The translations under genes and the position numbers were made by a program. DNA of 52,665 nucleotides from a virus (taxonomy: Duplodnaviria > Caudoviricetes), in the IMG/VR virus record IMGVR_UViG_3300032285_003819, positions 1-52,665 of that record; one strand, written 5' to 3'. How positions within the stretch are numbered: the first letter of the stretch is position 1; each line of letters begins with the position of its first letter. Shown here one piece after another: positions 8,916 to 20,100 of the stretch. Below the pieces are notes generated by a model. The model was given only the letters and a program-made list of their open reading frames with translations. It was not told the origin of the DNA and ran no database searches.

Positions 8916-11675
8916 TTAAGATGATTTTCCTGCTATGTTAAAAATGTTTGGCAATCTATAAGAATAAGATGAAGATTTCAAATCAAGAGACGAAGCTGAA
9001 GCCCCGACAAAAAGAGAAAAATATTGGTCAACTAAATAATTAGTTGTCGATAATCTTTCTGTTTCACTTAATATTCTATTGTAAAATAAAACATCAAAAT
9101 AATTAATAGAAAAAGAGCCTGAATTTATTAATTTGAAAGTCGTAGAATTTAATGATTGAATTAGCTGATTAGTGCTAGTAGATGCTGCGCCAGAACTATC
9201 TAATGCATTTATAGTTTCAACCAAGACTCCATTTAAAAATATATAATAAGTAGAAGATATTCTTCTTACATTTAATATGAACGGTCTATATGTTTTGCTT
9301 GTAACTAACGGTTTTGATATTTTCTTTATATCAAGAGCGCCAAAATCAGAATAAACAGGAAATTCAGTATAATTAGTTGGTTCTGGCATTTCTGTTTTAT
9401 TCGCTTGATCAAACAAAGGCATATTCTTAAAATAAAACACCTTATTATCTTTTGGAGTAAAAGTTGTCCATTGAGTTCCTAATTGATAAACATATATCTG
9501 ATTTGTGACTGTATTATTTGGAGTGTTAGTATATGTCCAATCAAACAACTTCATTGATCTATTAGATTTTGTAAGAGCCGTATTTATATCTGAAAATGCA
9601 CACACAAAATATAAATCAACAGATCTGGAATCTATACCAACCGAACTTGAAAAGTCGTAATGTATTTCTTTATTAGAATTTAAAGATAAATAATTATAAC
9701 CTAAACCTTCAAAATTAGTATTTCTAGTTCCAGCGTTAGAACTGGTCATGGTATAAGCTTCTGGCGAAGCTGAAGATCCGCCTTTCCACTCGGTATTACT
9801 ATTTAATTTACTATTAGGAAATCTAAAAATATAATCTGCTGGTAAATAATTATTATATAAATGAAAACTTGCAGATGCATCAGAATTTATATCAATAATA
9901 TATCCTGGTTGTCTATTATCGGTTTTTGTATTTACTGGATAAAAATCAGCAACAAATGCAGACACACTTGTGAATTCTGTTGTTGGAATTCTAACTATTT
10001 CGGGATTATCTTGTTGTTGAGCAAACCAATATGAATTATAATTTCTAGTTAAATAATAACAATTTGTTGGTCCTAATTCGCCATAACCTGGAAAACTAGA
10101 ATAAGCCGATGAAGTTTTATAATAACTAGGATTTAATGTTCTATAATATATGTCCCAAATAGTGTAGATAGATTTTGGAGAAACACTTCCATTTATTGGA
10201 AAATTCGCTGGATAATAATATTCACTATCTTGAGTATTCTGCTCTTTTCCGTAAAACTCATTAATTTGTAATAGAAAACCAGCATTAAAAACGCCAGCTT
10301 TTCCTCCACCTCCTCCAGCATACAATTGCGAACCAACTTGAGAAAATATATTATATTTTATATCAGTTCTTTGAACTGTTTGCGACGATATTGAAAGATT
10401 TGTTTTTAATTTTAAACCTAATGCTGGTCCACCATTTGTACTATCATAAACATTTGGATCGCTATTGTTACTATATAATTGCTGTGTTTTAGTGATTTTT
10501 TCTTTTATTGTTTTAAAACTTGCAGTATATGAATAAGCTCCATTTTCAGCATTTATAGTTACAGCATCTTTATCAAATTTCATTGTTCCACCGTTACCAG
10601 CTCTACCTAAAATTTTTGTATTCGAAGGTATGTATAAATTAATTACAGTGTCATTAGTAGGCAACGCAGTTGTTTTTCCGGTAAAATTATTATAAATACC
10701 ATCTAATTTAATTGCGGCTTTATTAACGTCAGCAGAAGAAAACGAAGAGTTTTCTGGAAAATAAATATTTATTCCAGAATAAAAAGATAAATCATTACTT
10801 CCACCATTTTTCTCTAAAATTACCGCATCCAAATCAAAAGTTGAAGTATAAGTATTAGGATTTAAATAAATATCAAGAGAAATTTTTTCAATTTTAATAT
10901 CAATTGGAGTTCCAGAATATCCTATAGCAACTTGATTTGAAACATTTTGCGTTACATAATCTATACCACTTGCATAAACACTAACGCCAGTATTTCCTAC
11001 TGAATATGTATATAATCTAGCATAATAACTCGTATCAAAAGCTAAACTAGAAATTTCGTCTTTGCCTACTTTAGCGAAAATATCATCATCTCCAAAACCA
11101 TAACATGTAGAATATTTAGGCGTTTCATTCGTATTTACAGGAACATTTATTTTTTTACTATACAAAGGAGTTGTAAAATTAGAATTATCTGCAAAATCTA
11201 AACCATATCCAGTAATAAAATAGTTATGCAAATTGCTACCAGTTATTCCTGTTGGAGGCTTCCAATAGAAATCATATTCTATGCCATTTTTAGGACTAAA
11301 ATTTTTAATTACCCTAAAAGATCTAGGATTTCCACCAGTCAAATTTATTAAACTGCTTCCTGTTGCTTTTATTGTGATATTACCACTAGGGTCTACAGAT
11401 CCATCTTCAACAGAAACTGAGTTAATTATTAAATCCGTAGATTCTTGTTGTTGCACTGCTGTTCTTGTTGGATAATAAAAAAGATCAAAAGACGCGAAAT
11501 CACTTGGTTCTACAATAAAAGAATCAGAAGTTATGTTAAAATTAGTTTGATTACTGTTGGTAATTGTATATAAAACTTGAGAATTACCACTATTTAACAC
11601 AGTAATTGGAAAATGTATTCCGAAACCAGTTAAACAATTTCCAATATTCACTCCAGTAATATTTGTGTAATTCAT
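8916..11675 (-). CDS. Large tail accessory/receptor-binding protein (Ig-like N-terminus, Gly-rich motifs, LamG-like C-terminus)
   Basis: Lies between M and L; S/T/N-rich and beta-rich; GRAGNGG, NGGPAL, AGGGGGKAG; C-terminal YFDVLFYNRILSETER is a LamG-like end motif. Confidence 0.6.
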   Translation of the reverse strand: MNYTNITGVNIGNCLTGFGIHFPITVLNSGNSQVLYTITNSNQTNFNITSDSFIVEPSDFASFDLFYYPTRTAVQQQESTDLIINSVSVEDGSVDPSGNITIKATGSSLINLTGGNPRSFRVIKNFSPKNGIEYDFYWKPPTGITGSNLHNYFITGYGLDFADNSNFTTPLYSKKINVPVNTNETPKYSTCYGFGDDDIFAKVGKDEISSLAFDTSYYARLYTYSVGNTGVSVYASGIDYVTQNVSNQVAIGYSGTPIDIKIEKISLDIYLNPNTYTSTFDLDAVILEKNGGSNDLSFYSGINIYFPENSSFSSADVNKAAIKLDGIYNNFTGKTTALPTNDTVINLYIPSNTKILGRAGNGGTMKFDKDAVTINAENGAYSYTASFKTIKEKITKTQQLYSNNSDPNVYDSTNGGPALGLKLKTNLSISSQTVQRTDIKYNIFSQVGSQLYAGGGGGKAGVFNAGFLLQINEFYGKEQNTQDSEYYYPANFPINGSVSPKSIYTIWDIYYRTLNPSYYKTSSAYSSFPGYGELGPTNCYYLTRNYNSYWFAQQQDNPEIVRIPTTEFTSVSAFVADFYPVNTKTDNRQPGYIIDINSDASASFHLYNNYLPADYIFRFPNSKLNSNTEWKGGSSASPEAYTMTSSNAGTRNTNFEGLGYNYLSLNSNKEIHYDFSSSVGIDSRSVDLYFVCAFSDINTALTKSNRSMKLFDWTYTNTPNNTVTNQIYVYQLGTQWTTFTPKDNKVFYFKNMPLFDQANKTEMPEPTNYTEFPVYSDFGALDIKKISKPLVTSKTYRPFILNVRRISSTYYIFLNGVLVETINALDSSGAASTSTNQLIQSLNSTTFKLINSGSFSINYFDVLFYNRILSETERLSTTNYLVDQYFSLFVGASASSLDLKSSSYSYRLPNIFNIAGKSS

Positions 11676-13672
11676 AGTTTTAAAAGTGTATTGAAATAAA
11701 CATCAGATTTTGTTAAACCCTTAAATTCTAAAAATTTCACTGAAATATCATGATTATCTTTAAATTTATATGAATGATTCCATTCTGGACAATAAACAGT
11801 TATATTTTTATTATAAGGTTCTGGTAGAACAAATTCAAATAACTTAAAACCGCATTGAGAATCTAAAAATTTTAAAATAGCAATAGCTTCTTTATCTGAA
11901 CGATTATTAAAATTCAAACTTAAATCAAGAACATTTTTATTTATACCATCCTGTTTATAACTTACAGATGTCATTTCATATTCATTTTTCAAAAATCTTG
12001 GTTTCAATGGAATAGAAAAATCTAAGTCAGGTTTAAAATAAAAATTTTTCGTGAATAAACTATTTAATCCAGTTGGACTTTGACTTTCATTAATAAATGA
12101 ACCATTTTGTCCAGTAAACCAGTAATAACCTTGATAAGAAGCTAATGAATTATAATAAACAATGTCGTGAGTATAATACATTTTATTCTGATTGAAAAAC
12201 CTTACTGTTGTTTCATCAGTTATTAAATAACCCTTGTAGTCCAAGCTTGAATCATAAGCAGTGCTACATTGAATAGTTAAGTTATTTATATTCGCTTCTA
12301 CAGATTTAGAATCTAAATTCTCAAAATAAATTTTAGCGTTATTTTTATATGGATAAAATAAATCCATTTCAACATTTTGGTAAGAACTGTTATCAGTCAA
12401 AGGTTGATATTCAAAAGTATTCTGAAAGAATCCCGCCAAAGAATTAGCTTGCTTATCTGTCAAACCATTATAATTTAAAACAAAATTAGTTTTCAAATTA
12501 TTTATGTTTGGGATTACATTTACATAATACCCATCGCCATAATTAGCTCTTATAGCTTTTGTGCTAAAATTAGCGGAGCAACCGTATGTTTTATTAAATA
12601 AACTATCAATATTTTTTGTCAAATATTGAGAACCTAATAAGTTAATCGGTGAATATCTATAATCTGAAGCTGTGAAATTTTGACTGGCAATATAAAGATT
12701 ATCATCATTTGTAAAATGTTTCTTAAATAAATACTTTTCTATTTTAATTAATTCTTCTGCACTAGGTTTCAAAGAATAACCTAGTATTTCATAATAAGAA
12801 ATATTACTAGCATCATAATTATATCCAGCACTAGAAGGTATAGGTCCATGTGCATTTTTAGCAGTTCCTATTCTTAAACTAGCGCATCCACTTGCAAAAT
12901 AATTCGTTGTCGTGTTTAATACTTCATAACCATTATTTCTTATTATTAAATTATTTGTTGCATTATTTTTAATTATAGATACAATATTCTTTTTTAAAAG
13001 ATTGGCTGAAGAAAAAGAATTATTTAACGTTGTTGCATTTGGATATAAATTAGCTGGATCATCTGCGATTATTATAAATTCTTGAGAACCGGCCAAAACA
13101 TTAGGATTTGCAGAATTATCTATATTATTTCCATAAACTCCTAAATAACCAGTAGATGCTGAAGAATTATTATTTTCGTCTGTATTTATTATTGTAGAAT
13201 AGTTTGCATAATAATTGTATTGAGTTTTCAAAGCTCCATTTCTTAAACTATCAAATTCATACACAATAAACCAGCATCTATCTCCACTTAAAAAACCACT
13301 AAAATTTGGAGAATCTGAATTTGTTAACAATTGATTGTAAGTATAAAGATCAGAGTTGGCTTCACAAGTAACACTATTCTTATTTGAATTATAGTAAGGT
13401 CTTGATGCTACAGATCCTGAATTATATAAATTTTCCAATGAATGACCTGGAGCAGAGTTAAACCAAGCGTAAATCTTCCCAGAAGAATCAAACGTCAAAT
13501 TATTTAAATCATCTGTATTAAACCACGCAAACATTCCAGAAACATCAGTTGGATAAACGCTATCTCCAGTATAATACTGATAATCAACCAAGTCATATTT
13601 TATATAAGAAGTTGATATATCAAAATTTTTTATTCCAGTAACTGAAAATTGCGTATCTAAAAATTTACTCAT
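11672..13672 (-). CDS. Distal tail protein (lambda gpM-like) with two gpM domains and a LamG-like insert
   Basis: Domain 1: NYGDGYY...NINN...GLTDKQANSLAGFF. Domain 2: QDGINKNVLDLSLNFNNRSDKEAIAILKFLDSQCGFKLFEF..PEPY...VYCPEW...ISVKFLE. N-terminal AWFNTDD...IYAWFN and YEILGYSLKPS are LamG-like. Confidence 0.75.
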   Translation of the reverse strand: MSKFLDTQFSVTGIKNFDISTSYIKYDLVDYQYYTGDSVYPTDVSGMFAWFNTDDLNNLTFDSSGKIYAWFNSAPGHSLENLYNSGSVASRPYYNSNKNSVTCEANSDLYTYNQLLTNSDSPNFSGFLSGDRCWFIVYEFDSLRNGALKTQYNYYANYSTIINTDENNNSSASTGYLGVYGNNIDNSANPNVLAGSQEFIIIADDPANLYPNATTLNNSFSSANLLKKNIVSIIKNNATNNLIIRNNGYEVLNTTTNYFASGCASLRIGTAKNAHGPIPSSAGYNYDASNISYYEILGYSLKPSAEELIKIEKYLFKKHFTNDDNLYIASQNFTASDYRYSPINLLGSQYLTKNIDSLFNKTYGCSANFSTKAIRANYGDGYYVNVIPNINNLKTNFVLNYNGLTDKQANSLAGFFQNTFEYQPLTDNSSYQNVEMDLFYPYKNNAKIYFENLDSKSVEANINNLTIQCSTAYDSSLDYKGYLITDETTVRFFNQNKMYYTHDIVYYNSLASYQGYYWFTGQNGSFINESQSPTGLNSLFTKNFYFKPDLDFSIPLKPRFLKNEYEMTSVSYKQDGINKNVLDLSLNFNNRSDKEAIAILKFLDSQCGFKLFEFVLPEPYNKNITVYCPEWNHSYKFKDNHDISVKFLEFKGLTKSDVYFNTLLKL

Positions 13673-14475
13673 AGGCTATTTCTTAATGGTGCTAAACGTT
13701 GAGTTATGGACAATGTGCTTTGCAATAATCCATCAGAAGAAGCGTTTAAAGAACGAGATTCAATCACGCCTGAAATATTAAATTTTTTCAATAAATTATT
13801 TTCATAATCTTTTAAATATAAATCGCAATAAGTCGATGTTCCATCTATATTCGCGACATTAGTTTTTTTAAAATAATTTCCTTCTACAGATACTGATTTT
13901 ATTTTATTTGTTTTTGCTACTCTGAACGGAACTATTTCTCCATTAGCGAAAAATGGCAAGCGATCAACTTTTTCAGAATAACTAAAATTAAAAATTTCAG
14001 TAAATCCAAAAACATCACTTACATCCATCAAATAAGTTTGATTAGCATGAGCAGTATTTGATAATGGATTGTTTCTTTTTGCTGATAAAGGCTGTAATCT
14101 ACTTGTACTATTTTCAGCATTTATTTTTCCAAACCAATCAAAATCGGCTTTGATCAAAATAGTAGAAAAATTTGACACTTCAAAACTTAAAGATTTTAAA
14201 TAACAATTATCTATGCTAACTCCTGCAAACGAACAAGGAACTGAAGATTCAGTTGAAGATGTCGGTTCTAAATATGATGGTAAAGTTCCAGTTAAATAAA
14301 ATTCTGTACTTAAAGATCCTATTACAGTATTTTCTGGCGCATATCTCAATAAACTTCCATCTGACAACAGAACTGGAGAAATATTAGAATTTAAAGATAT
14401 TCCAACGGATTTTGAATAAAAAACGTCAGAATTGATCCTGAAATCTATATTTTCATATTTTATGAATTTACTCAT
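13669..14475 (-). CDS. Tail-tube-fold baseplate/tube-initiator protein (paralogue of the major tail protein)
   Basis: Two tube-like halves (DNCYLKSLSFEVS; EIFNFSYS..DRLPFF...GVIESRSLNAS); lies in the tail-tip module. Confidence 0.55.
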   Translation of the reverse strand: MSKFIKYENIDFRINSDVFYSKSVGISLNSNISPVLLSDGSLLRYAPENTVIGSLSTEFYLTGTLPSYLEPTSSTESSVPCSFAGVSIDNCYLKSLSFEVSNFSTILIKADFDWFGKINAENSTSRLQPLSAKRNNPLSNTAHANQTYLMDVSDVFGFTEIFNFSYSEKVDRLPFFANGEIVPFRVAKTNKIKSVSVEGNYFKKTNVANIDGTSTYCDLYLKDYENNLLKKFNISGVIESRSLNASSDGLLQSTLSITQRLAPLRNSL

Positions 14476-16220
14476 TAAACAACAATATATTTTAAGGAAC
14501 TTGTTACTGTAACTGGTATATTCAATGGAGTATAATCTGATTTAAACAATCTATATTGCAACAATTGTCCAGAAGTAAAACTACCAAATGTAGGAAAAAT
14601 TATTTCAGAAACTTGATTTGCATTTAATGCTAATAGACCGCTACATTTAACATTTGTAAAATCACCAGTAGTACCAATATTATTATAACCACTAACACTC
14701 GTAGTAGTTGGAGTTATAGCATAAAACTGAAAAGCAACGTTTGTAGAAACCGTGCTAGATGTAAATAACTTTACTCTTTCTAATTTGCCATTATACATCG
14801 ATACTCCAAAAGGAGCATCATTATTAAAATTACCACTGCTGATAGCCGATGATCCATTAAAACCAAAAGGATCTATATAAAGATTTGATAATCCAGTTAA
14901 TCTTGAGTTGTATACTTCTATAAAATGTCCTTTACAATAAGAACTATTAGTTGTAAAACTTCCATCAATATCTAAACTACCTGCTGTAGTTAATTTTGCT
15001 ACAACATTTGGGCTTGCGCCATAATAACCATTTGCTATAAATACGAAATCATCAGATCCTCCAAAAGTTGGATCAACATATAAATTTCCTATAGACCATT
15101 TATCAACATCAGCAGTGCTATCATATCTTGAAAAAGTTACAAAAGAATTTCTTGGCCCTGTGTCTCCACCGCCTAAAACTTTATTGCTTCCTATTCCTAT
15201 TTCTATTGTTTTGGCTCCAGTAGTTTGAAAATGAGCTAAAGTATTATTAGTTGGTCCAGTTCCTAGAACATCAAGAGTGTATAATGGATTATTGGTTCCA
15301 AGACCAAAAGTACCATCTCCAGCCATATTATAAACCACATTATAATTACTCAATCCTGAGCTTGGACCAAAATAAAATTTATTAGAATTTAATCCTATAA
15401 AAGCATCGTTAACAGAATTTTTAAATCCTTGAAAAACTGTTGTAGAAGAACTTTGTAATTTTGCTACTTTATCAACTCCACTTATATGAAGAGTGGTATC
15501 AGGGGAATAGTGACCTATAGCAACATATGGTGCAGTAGAGTTATTTTTAACAAAAACACCGTTTTTACCTACATTAACATTTCCAAGATTATTATAATTT
15601 AATAATAAAACTTCATCAGTAGCGCTAGTTTTAATTTCTGTATTATATGGATCAAAATATATAGCATTACCTGAATTTTGAAATTGAATTGATGCACCGC
15701 TAACTAAAAATTTATCAGTTAAAGATGACGTAGAATTAGTGATGCCAAAATTACCACTCTGATCGACAACAAATAAATTAGTAAATGTAGAACCAGCATT
15801 AACAGATGATTCTAAATACAACTTAGTATCATTAGCTTTTTTACTAAATTCGTAATAAGTATTTGGATCTCTTAAAGATAAAGCTATTTTTCTACCAGAA
15901 TTGAGAGTTGATATTCTTATCTGTCCTGAACCATTTGAGCTAGTTACATTATCAGCCACATCTAAAGATACATCAGGACTTCTATCATTTATTCCAACAA
16001 ATCCATACGTTCCACTTACAGATAAACCATAACTGCCTCCATTTTCAAATATAGTCAAGCCTTGACCATTCTGGGCATAAAAACCAGTAAATGATTTGCT
16101 AAATTCATCTTGTGTTATCTTATTGTCTTGAGACGAATCTGAATTCGATATTAGAAAAATATCACTTGAGGCAACACTTGAGCCTAATTTAGGTGATAAA
16201 GATGAAAGTGGTATTCCCAT
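14475..16220 (-). CDS. Tail fibre-like protein
   Basis: Repeated fibre-shaft motifs VGINDRSPDVSLDV, GNFGITN, VAIGHYSPDTTLHI, FGLGTNNPLYTLDV. Confidence 0.7.
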   Translation of the reverse strand: MGIPLSSLSPKLGSSVASSDIFLISNSDSSQDNKITQDEFSKSFTGFYAQNGQGLTIFENGGSYGLSVSGTYGFVGINDRSPDVSLDVADNVTSSNGSGQIRISTLNSGRKIALSLRDPNTYYEFSKKANDTKLYLESSVNAGSTFTNLFVVDQSGNFGITNSTSSLTDKFLVSGASIQFQNSGNAIYFDPYNTEIKTSATDEVLLLNYNNLGNVNVGKNGVFVKNNSTAPYVAIGHYSPDTTLHISGVDKVAKLQSSSTTVFQGFKNSVNDAFIGLNSNKFYFGPSSGLSNYNVVYNMAGDGTFGLGTNNPLYTLDVLGTGPTNNTLAHFQTTGAKTIEIGIGSNKVLGGGDTGPRNSFVTFSRYDSTADVDKWSIGNLYVDPTFGGSDDFVFIANGYYGASPNVVAKLTTAGSLDIDGSFTTNSSYCKGHFIEVYNSRLTGLSNLYIDPFGFNGSSAISSGNFNNDAPFGVSMYNGKLERVKLFTSSTVSTNVAFQFYAITPTTTSVSGYNNIGTTGDFTNVKCSGLLALNANQVSEIIFPTFGSFTSGQLLQYRLFKSDYTPLNIPVTVTSSLKYIVV

Positions 16221-16223
16221 AAA

Positions 16224-17168
16224 TTAATTATTTAAATAAGCTCTATAGTTTAATTTTACACTTAAAATATCATCTGCGCTTGAAGTAATTTGTTGCGACA
16301 CTAGTTTTGCATTGTTTAAACTTACATCAAATATGTTAATACCAACTGATTTTCTATACATGTACAAAGTATTTCCGCCACCAACCAATAAATCTTGCCC
16401 ATTAACAGCCAATGTTTCATCTTGAAAAACAGTCCCTTTCACATTTATCGAAAAATTATAATCAATATCATTATTTAATTGATCATAAAGCCTTTTAGTT
16501 TCATAATCATCGACTTCCAAACTAAATGTAGCGTCTACTTCTATAGGCAAATTAGATAACACTTCATATGGAATATAATTAAAACCCGGAATTATTGGTC
16601 CAGTAGTTTCACCATTTAAATAACCACTAGGTCTAAATATATAAACAGGTTTTTTAGGGCAATTAATGCTATAATCAAAACTCGTTATTCTATTAGTCGA
16701 AGATCCACTACAAGTTAGTGTTATATCTTTAACCTGTGGAACACTTATATATGGCGCTGTAAAATTACCAGAAGCTGAATATCCTTTTCCTACGTCTCCA
16801 AAAATATTTATTTTAGATGATGTTTTTGGAATTTCACCAACAGCGCAATTTACATTAAAACTCATCAAATAACCACTTTCAAAACCAATGCTTTTTCCTT
16901 GGTAATTTATACTGCCTCTAAAACTTGTAGCTTGTCTACTTAATGTTTCTCCAGTATAATTTAAAAAAGGTTCGTTGTATACAAGATATCGATTGATTCC
17001 AAACTGACATACCGGCACTTCAGATATAACTTGTTTATTATAACCAACACCTATTGTGTTTATTGGACTATAATTAATAGTATAATCACCATCAACTGAT
17101 GTTATTCCAGAAATAGGAGTATTGTTTAAATAAAACCTATTCTCGTAATTTAAAATTACACCTTTCAT
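16224..17168 (-). CDS. Tail-tube-fold baseplate tube protein (paralogue of the major tail protein)
   Basis: GFESGYLMSFNVNCAVGEIPKTSSKINIF aligns by eye with GIGNGFISEYGFDATVGAIPKANVTIEAF of the 415-aa tube protein; lies immediately after the TMP. Confidence 0.65.
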   Translation of the reverse strand: MKGVILNYENRFYLNNTPISGITSVDGDYTINYSPINTIGVGYNKQVISEVPVCQFGINRYLVYNEPFLNYTGETLSRQATSFRGSINYQGKSIGFESGYLMSFNVNCAVGEIPKTSSKINIFGDVGKGYSASGNFTAPYISVPQVKDITLTCSGSSTNRITSFDYSINCPKKPVYIFRPSGYLNGETTGPIIPGFNYIPYEVLSNLPIEVDATFSLEVDDYETKRLYDQLNNDIDYNFSINVKGTVFQDETLAVNGQDLLVGGGNTLYMYRKSVGINIFDVSLNNAKLVSQQITSSADDILSVKLNYRAYLNN

Positions 17169-17169
17169 T

Positions 17170-20100
17170 TTAGCTTCTTACTCCTGCTAGTGAGCCACCG
17201 AATTGTTTTTCTTTTCTGATTACTTCACTTACAACAGCATAAACTCTTTGATTTAGATTCTTAGATAGTTCTACATCTTGCTGCTCATAGCTTGTTGTAT
17301 TACTACCCATCTTTATAGTACCATCTCTTTCTACTGTTGTATTAAAATTAAATGAATTATTTGCGTTCGTATTATTATTAGTAATAGAACTGCTATTTCC
17401 AGCCGCCATCATTGAAGAGCCACCATTTTGCATACCTGCACCATATCTATTTACTATAGGAGTGTTATATAATCCACCTTCCATATAACCAGGAATTGTA
17501 TCAGAAAGACGAGAACCAATTATTCCACCAGTTTGTCTTCTGAATGGAGAAGATACAAAACTTCCAGCTTTTTGATACCAAGTTTGACCATATGTTGGAG
17601 CAGAAAATAAAGACTTAAATCCTGTCTGAGGAGTTCCACCAAGATAATTAGCAGCATTTAATGGTGTGTCGGCGGTCATCAAACCTTGTTTTACAAATTG
17701 TTTTTGTTGCAAATATTCTGCTTCTGTTCTTATTCCTCCTTGACTATTTATTTTTTCTGTGAAAGCTTTGGCTTTTGCAGCTTGTGCATTTTTCATAACA
17801 TTTGACAAACCCGCTCCTATGGCAATAGTTGCAGCAGCAGCAGCTAATTGACCAATCATTGCGGCTCTTTGTTGTCTTCTTTGTATTTTTTTCTGAAGTT
17901 GTTCTTGTTGATTTTGTCTTTGCGCTTCTAATATATCTTTATACAATGGACTATTTTCTAATCCTTCGCTTGTCATATTAGCTTCCATATTGCCCAAATT
18001 GACAGCATTTGATTGTAATATTCTTTTTTGCTTTAAAGAATAATCGTAAGATCCTTGAGATAAATCTACATTATAAGAACCTCCAGCAGCAAATCTTGGA
18101 GCCATAGAAAAATTCAAAGAATCCAATACTGATGGACCGCCCATAGCAGCTACCGCTCTTCTATTTAAGACATATTCTCCATTCTCCAATAGTGCTGGGT
18201 ATTTATCACCAGTTCCAGTGCCTGATATGTACATACCAGATTGAGCGCGAATTATTCCGCCTTCTTGCTTCATCAACATTTCGCCGAAACCAGCACTTCC
18301 CAAAATTTTATACATACCCGCTCTCATAAATGTTGTGCTGATTTCATCTAAGAATTTAGAAGCAATACCCATTAGCGCATCTCCTAAATTATGAGATTCT
18401 TTAATTGCGGCTTTAACACCATCTACTAAACCATCTGCAAACATACTTGGCAAATTTCTACCAAGTTGATCAACCATTACATCAGCTTGGTTGTTTAAAC
18501 TTTGAAAACCAATAGCCATATTATTTACAAAACCAGCAGATTGCTCAAAATCATTTCTCATTTGTGCTGCTTTAGCTTCAAAAAGAGTTGCATTTGAACC
18601 TATTTGTTTGGACGCTATTTCTAAAGTGGTTATAGTCTCTTGAATAGACGCTTTTGTTTCTTCTGTTAAAGCAGCATCTCTTTTTGTTTTCAATTTATTT
18701 ATCGCATCATTTATTGTCGCATCATCACTAACTCCAAAATTAGATATTTCAGCAAGTTTAACAGATTCTCTAGATTTTTGAAATTGATCTCTATTAATTT
18801 TATTTTTAGCTTTTGCTTCTTGTGCGCCAGTTACAAATCCAGATCCAACTTCTTTCATTCCTGAAAATGGCAAATTAGATAAAATATTTCCTAAATTTTC
18901 AAAGTTTGTAGCGCTAGAATCTATAGAATCAAAAAGAGCTTCTGTATTTTTATTTTGAGCTTCTGTATTAGCGTTTTGAGCAGCTATTTCGATGATAGAT
19001 CTTCTAGCATCTGCGATTGCTTGATTTTCTGCGATAACTTGTTCTTGATCAAAAATAGATTTTAGATCTACTTGTTTAGATTCAAATTCTTGACGCTTAT
19101 TTAACCCTAAATATCTAAACTCTCCACCTGTTTGAATTTTAGTTAATTCAAGTCTTTCGTTTGCGGATATTTTAGCTTTTTCTACAGCATCTCTTAGACC
19201 ATTAGCAGCATTTTTTTGACCTAATGTAATGCTTAATTTTTCTTTTTCTAAATCTATTTGTTTTAAAATTGTTGCTTCGCTTATTTTATTAATAACTTGG
19301 TTATAAGCTAATTCTTGCAATTTATATTTTGTTTGAGATTCAGTTTCTCTTGTAGCATCTTTAAATTGAGTCAAAACTCCTTCTAATTTTGAAGACAATG
19401 CATTGATTTCATCTTCATTTTTTCCAATTATACTTGTAGCAAATTTTTTAATTCCTTCTTTATCAAGACTAGTTCCAGTTGATAGAAAATCACTTATTGC
19501 TTTTTGAGAAGACATTCCTGGTATTAGTTTAGAACCAAGAATAGCTTGAGTTGCTTGATTTTTGAATGTTGCGCTTGTTTGTGCAGTTTTTAAACCTTGT
19601 TCTGTTATAGTTCTTCCTGTTAATCTATTAAATTCTTCAGTTTGAAATCTAGCTGCTGTTCTTGCTTGCGACTGTTTAAAGGAAAATCCACGAACAGAAT
19701 CTAAATTGTTAACAACAGCGTTAAAAACTAAATCATTTATTTCTTTTAATTTTGCAGGAACTAATTGTGCAAAAGAAGTTTTAGATTCGAAAGATTTTAA
19801 AGCTTGAACAGCATTATCTAAATCATCAGATACAGTATCTAATAAAGTTCTTCTGAATTGTGCGAAATTAGACAAAACAGTTTTTTGTTCATCAGATAAA
19901 ACTCCTTTTCCTTGTTCCAAATTTTTTCTATAAGCTTCTCTTGTTTTGTCTAAATTGGTTCTTAATACTCTTCCAGCAGAAGATCCAAGTTCTGTTAAAT
20001 TTTCTCCAATTGCTACTAAATAATCTACAGACTCAGTATCAAGTTGAGAGAAAGTCATCAAAACTTTTCTCAAATTATCTTCATCTACATTACCTGCATA

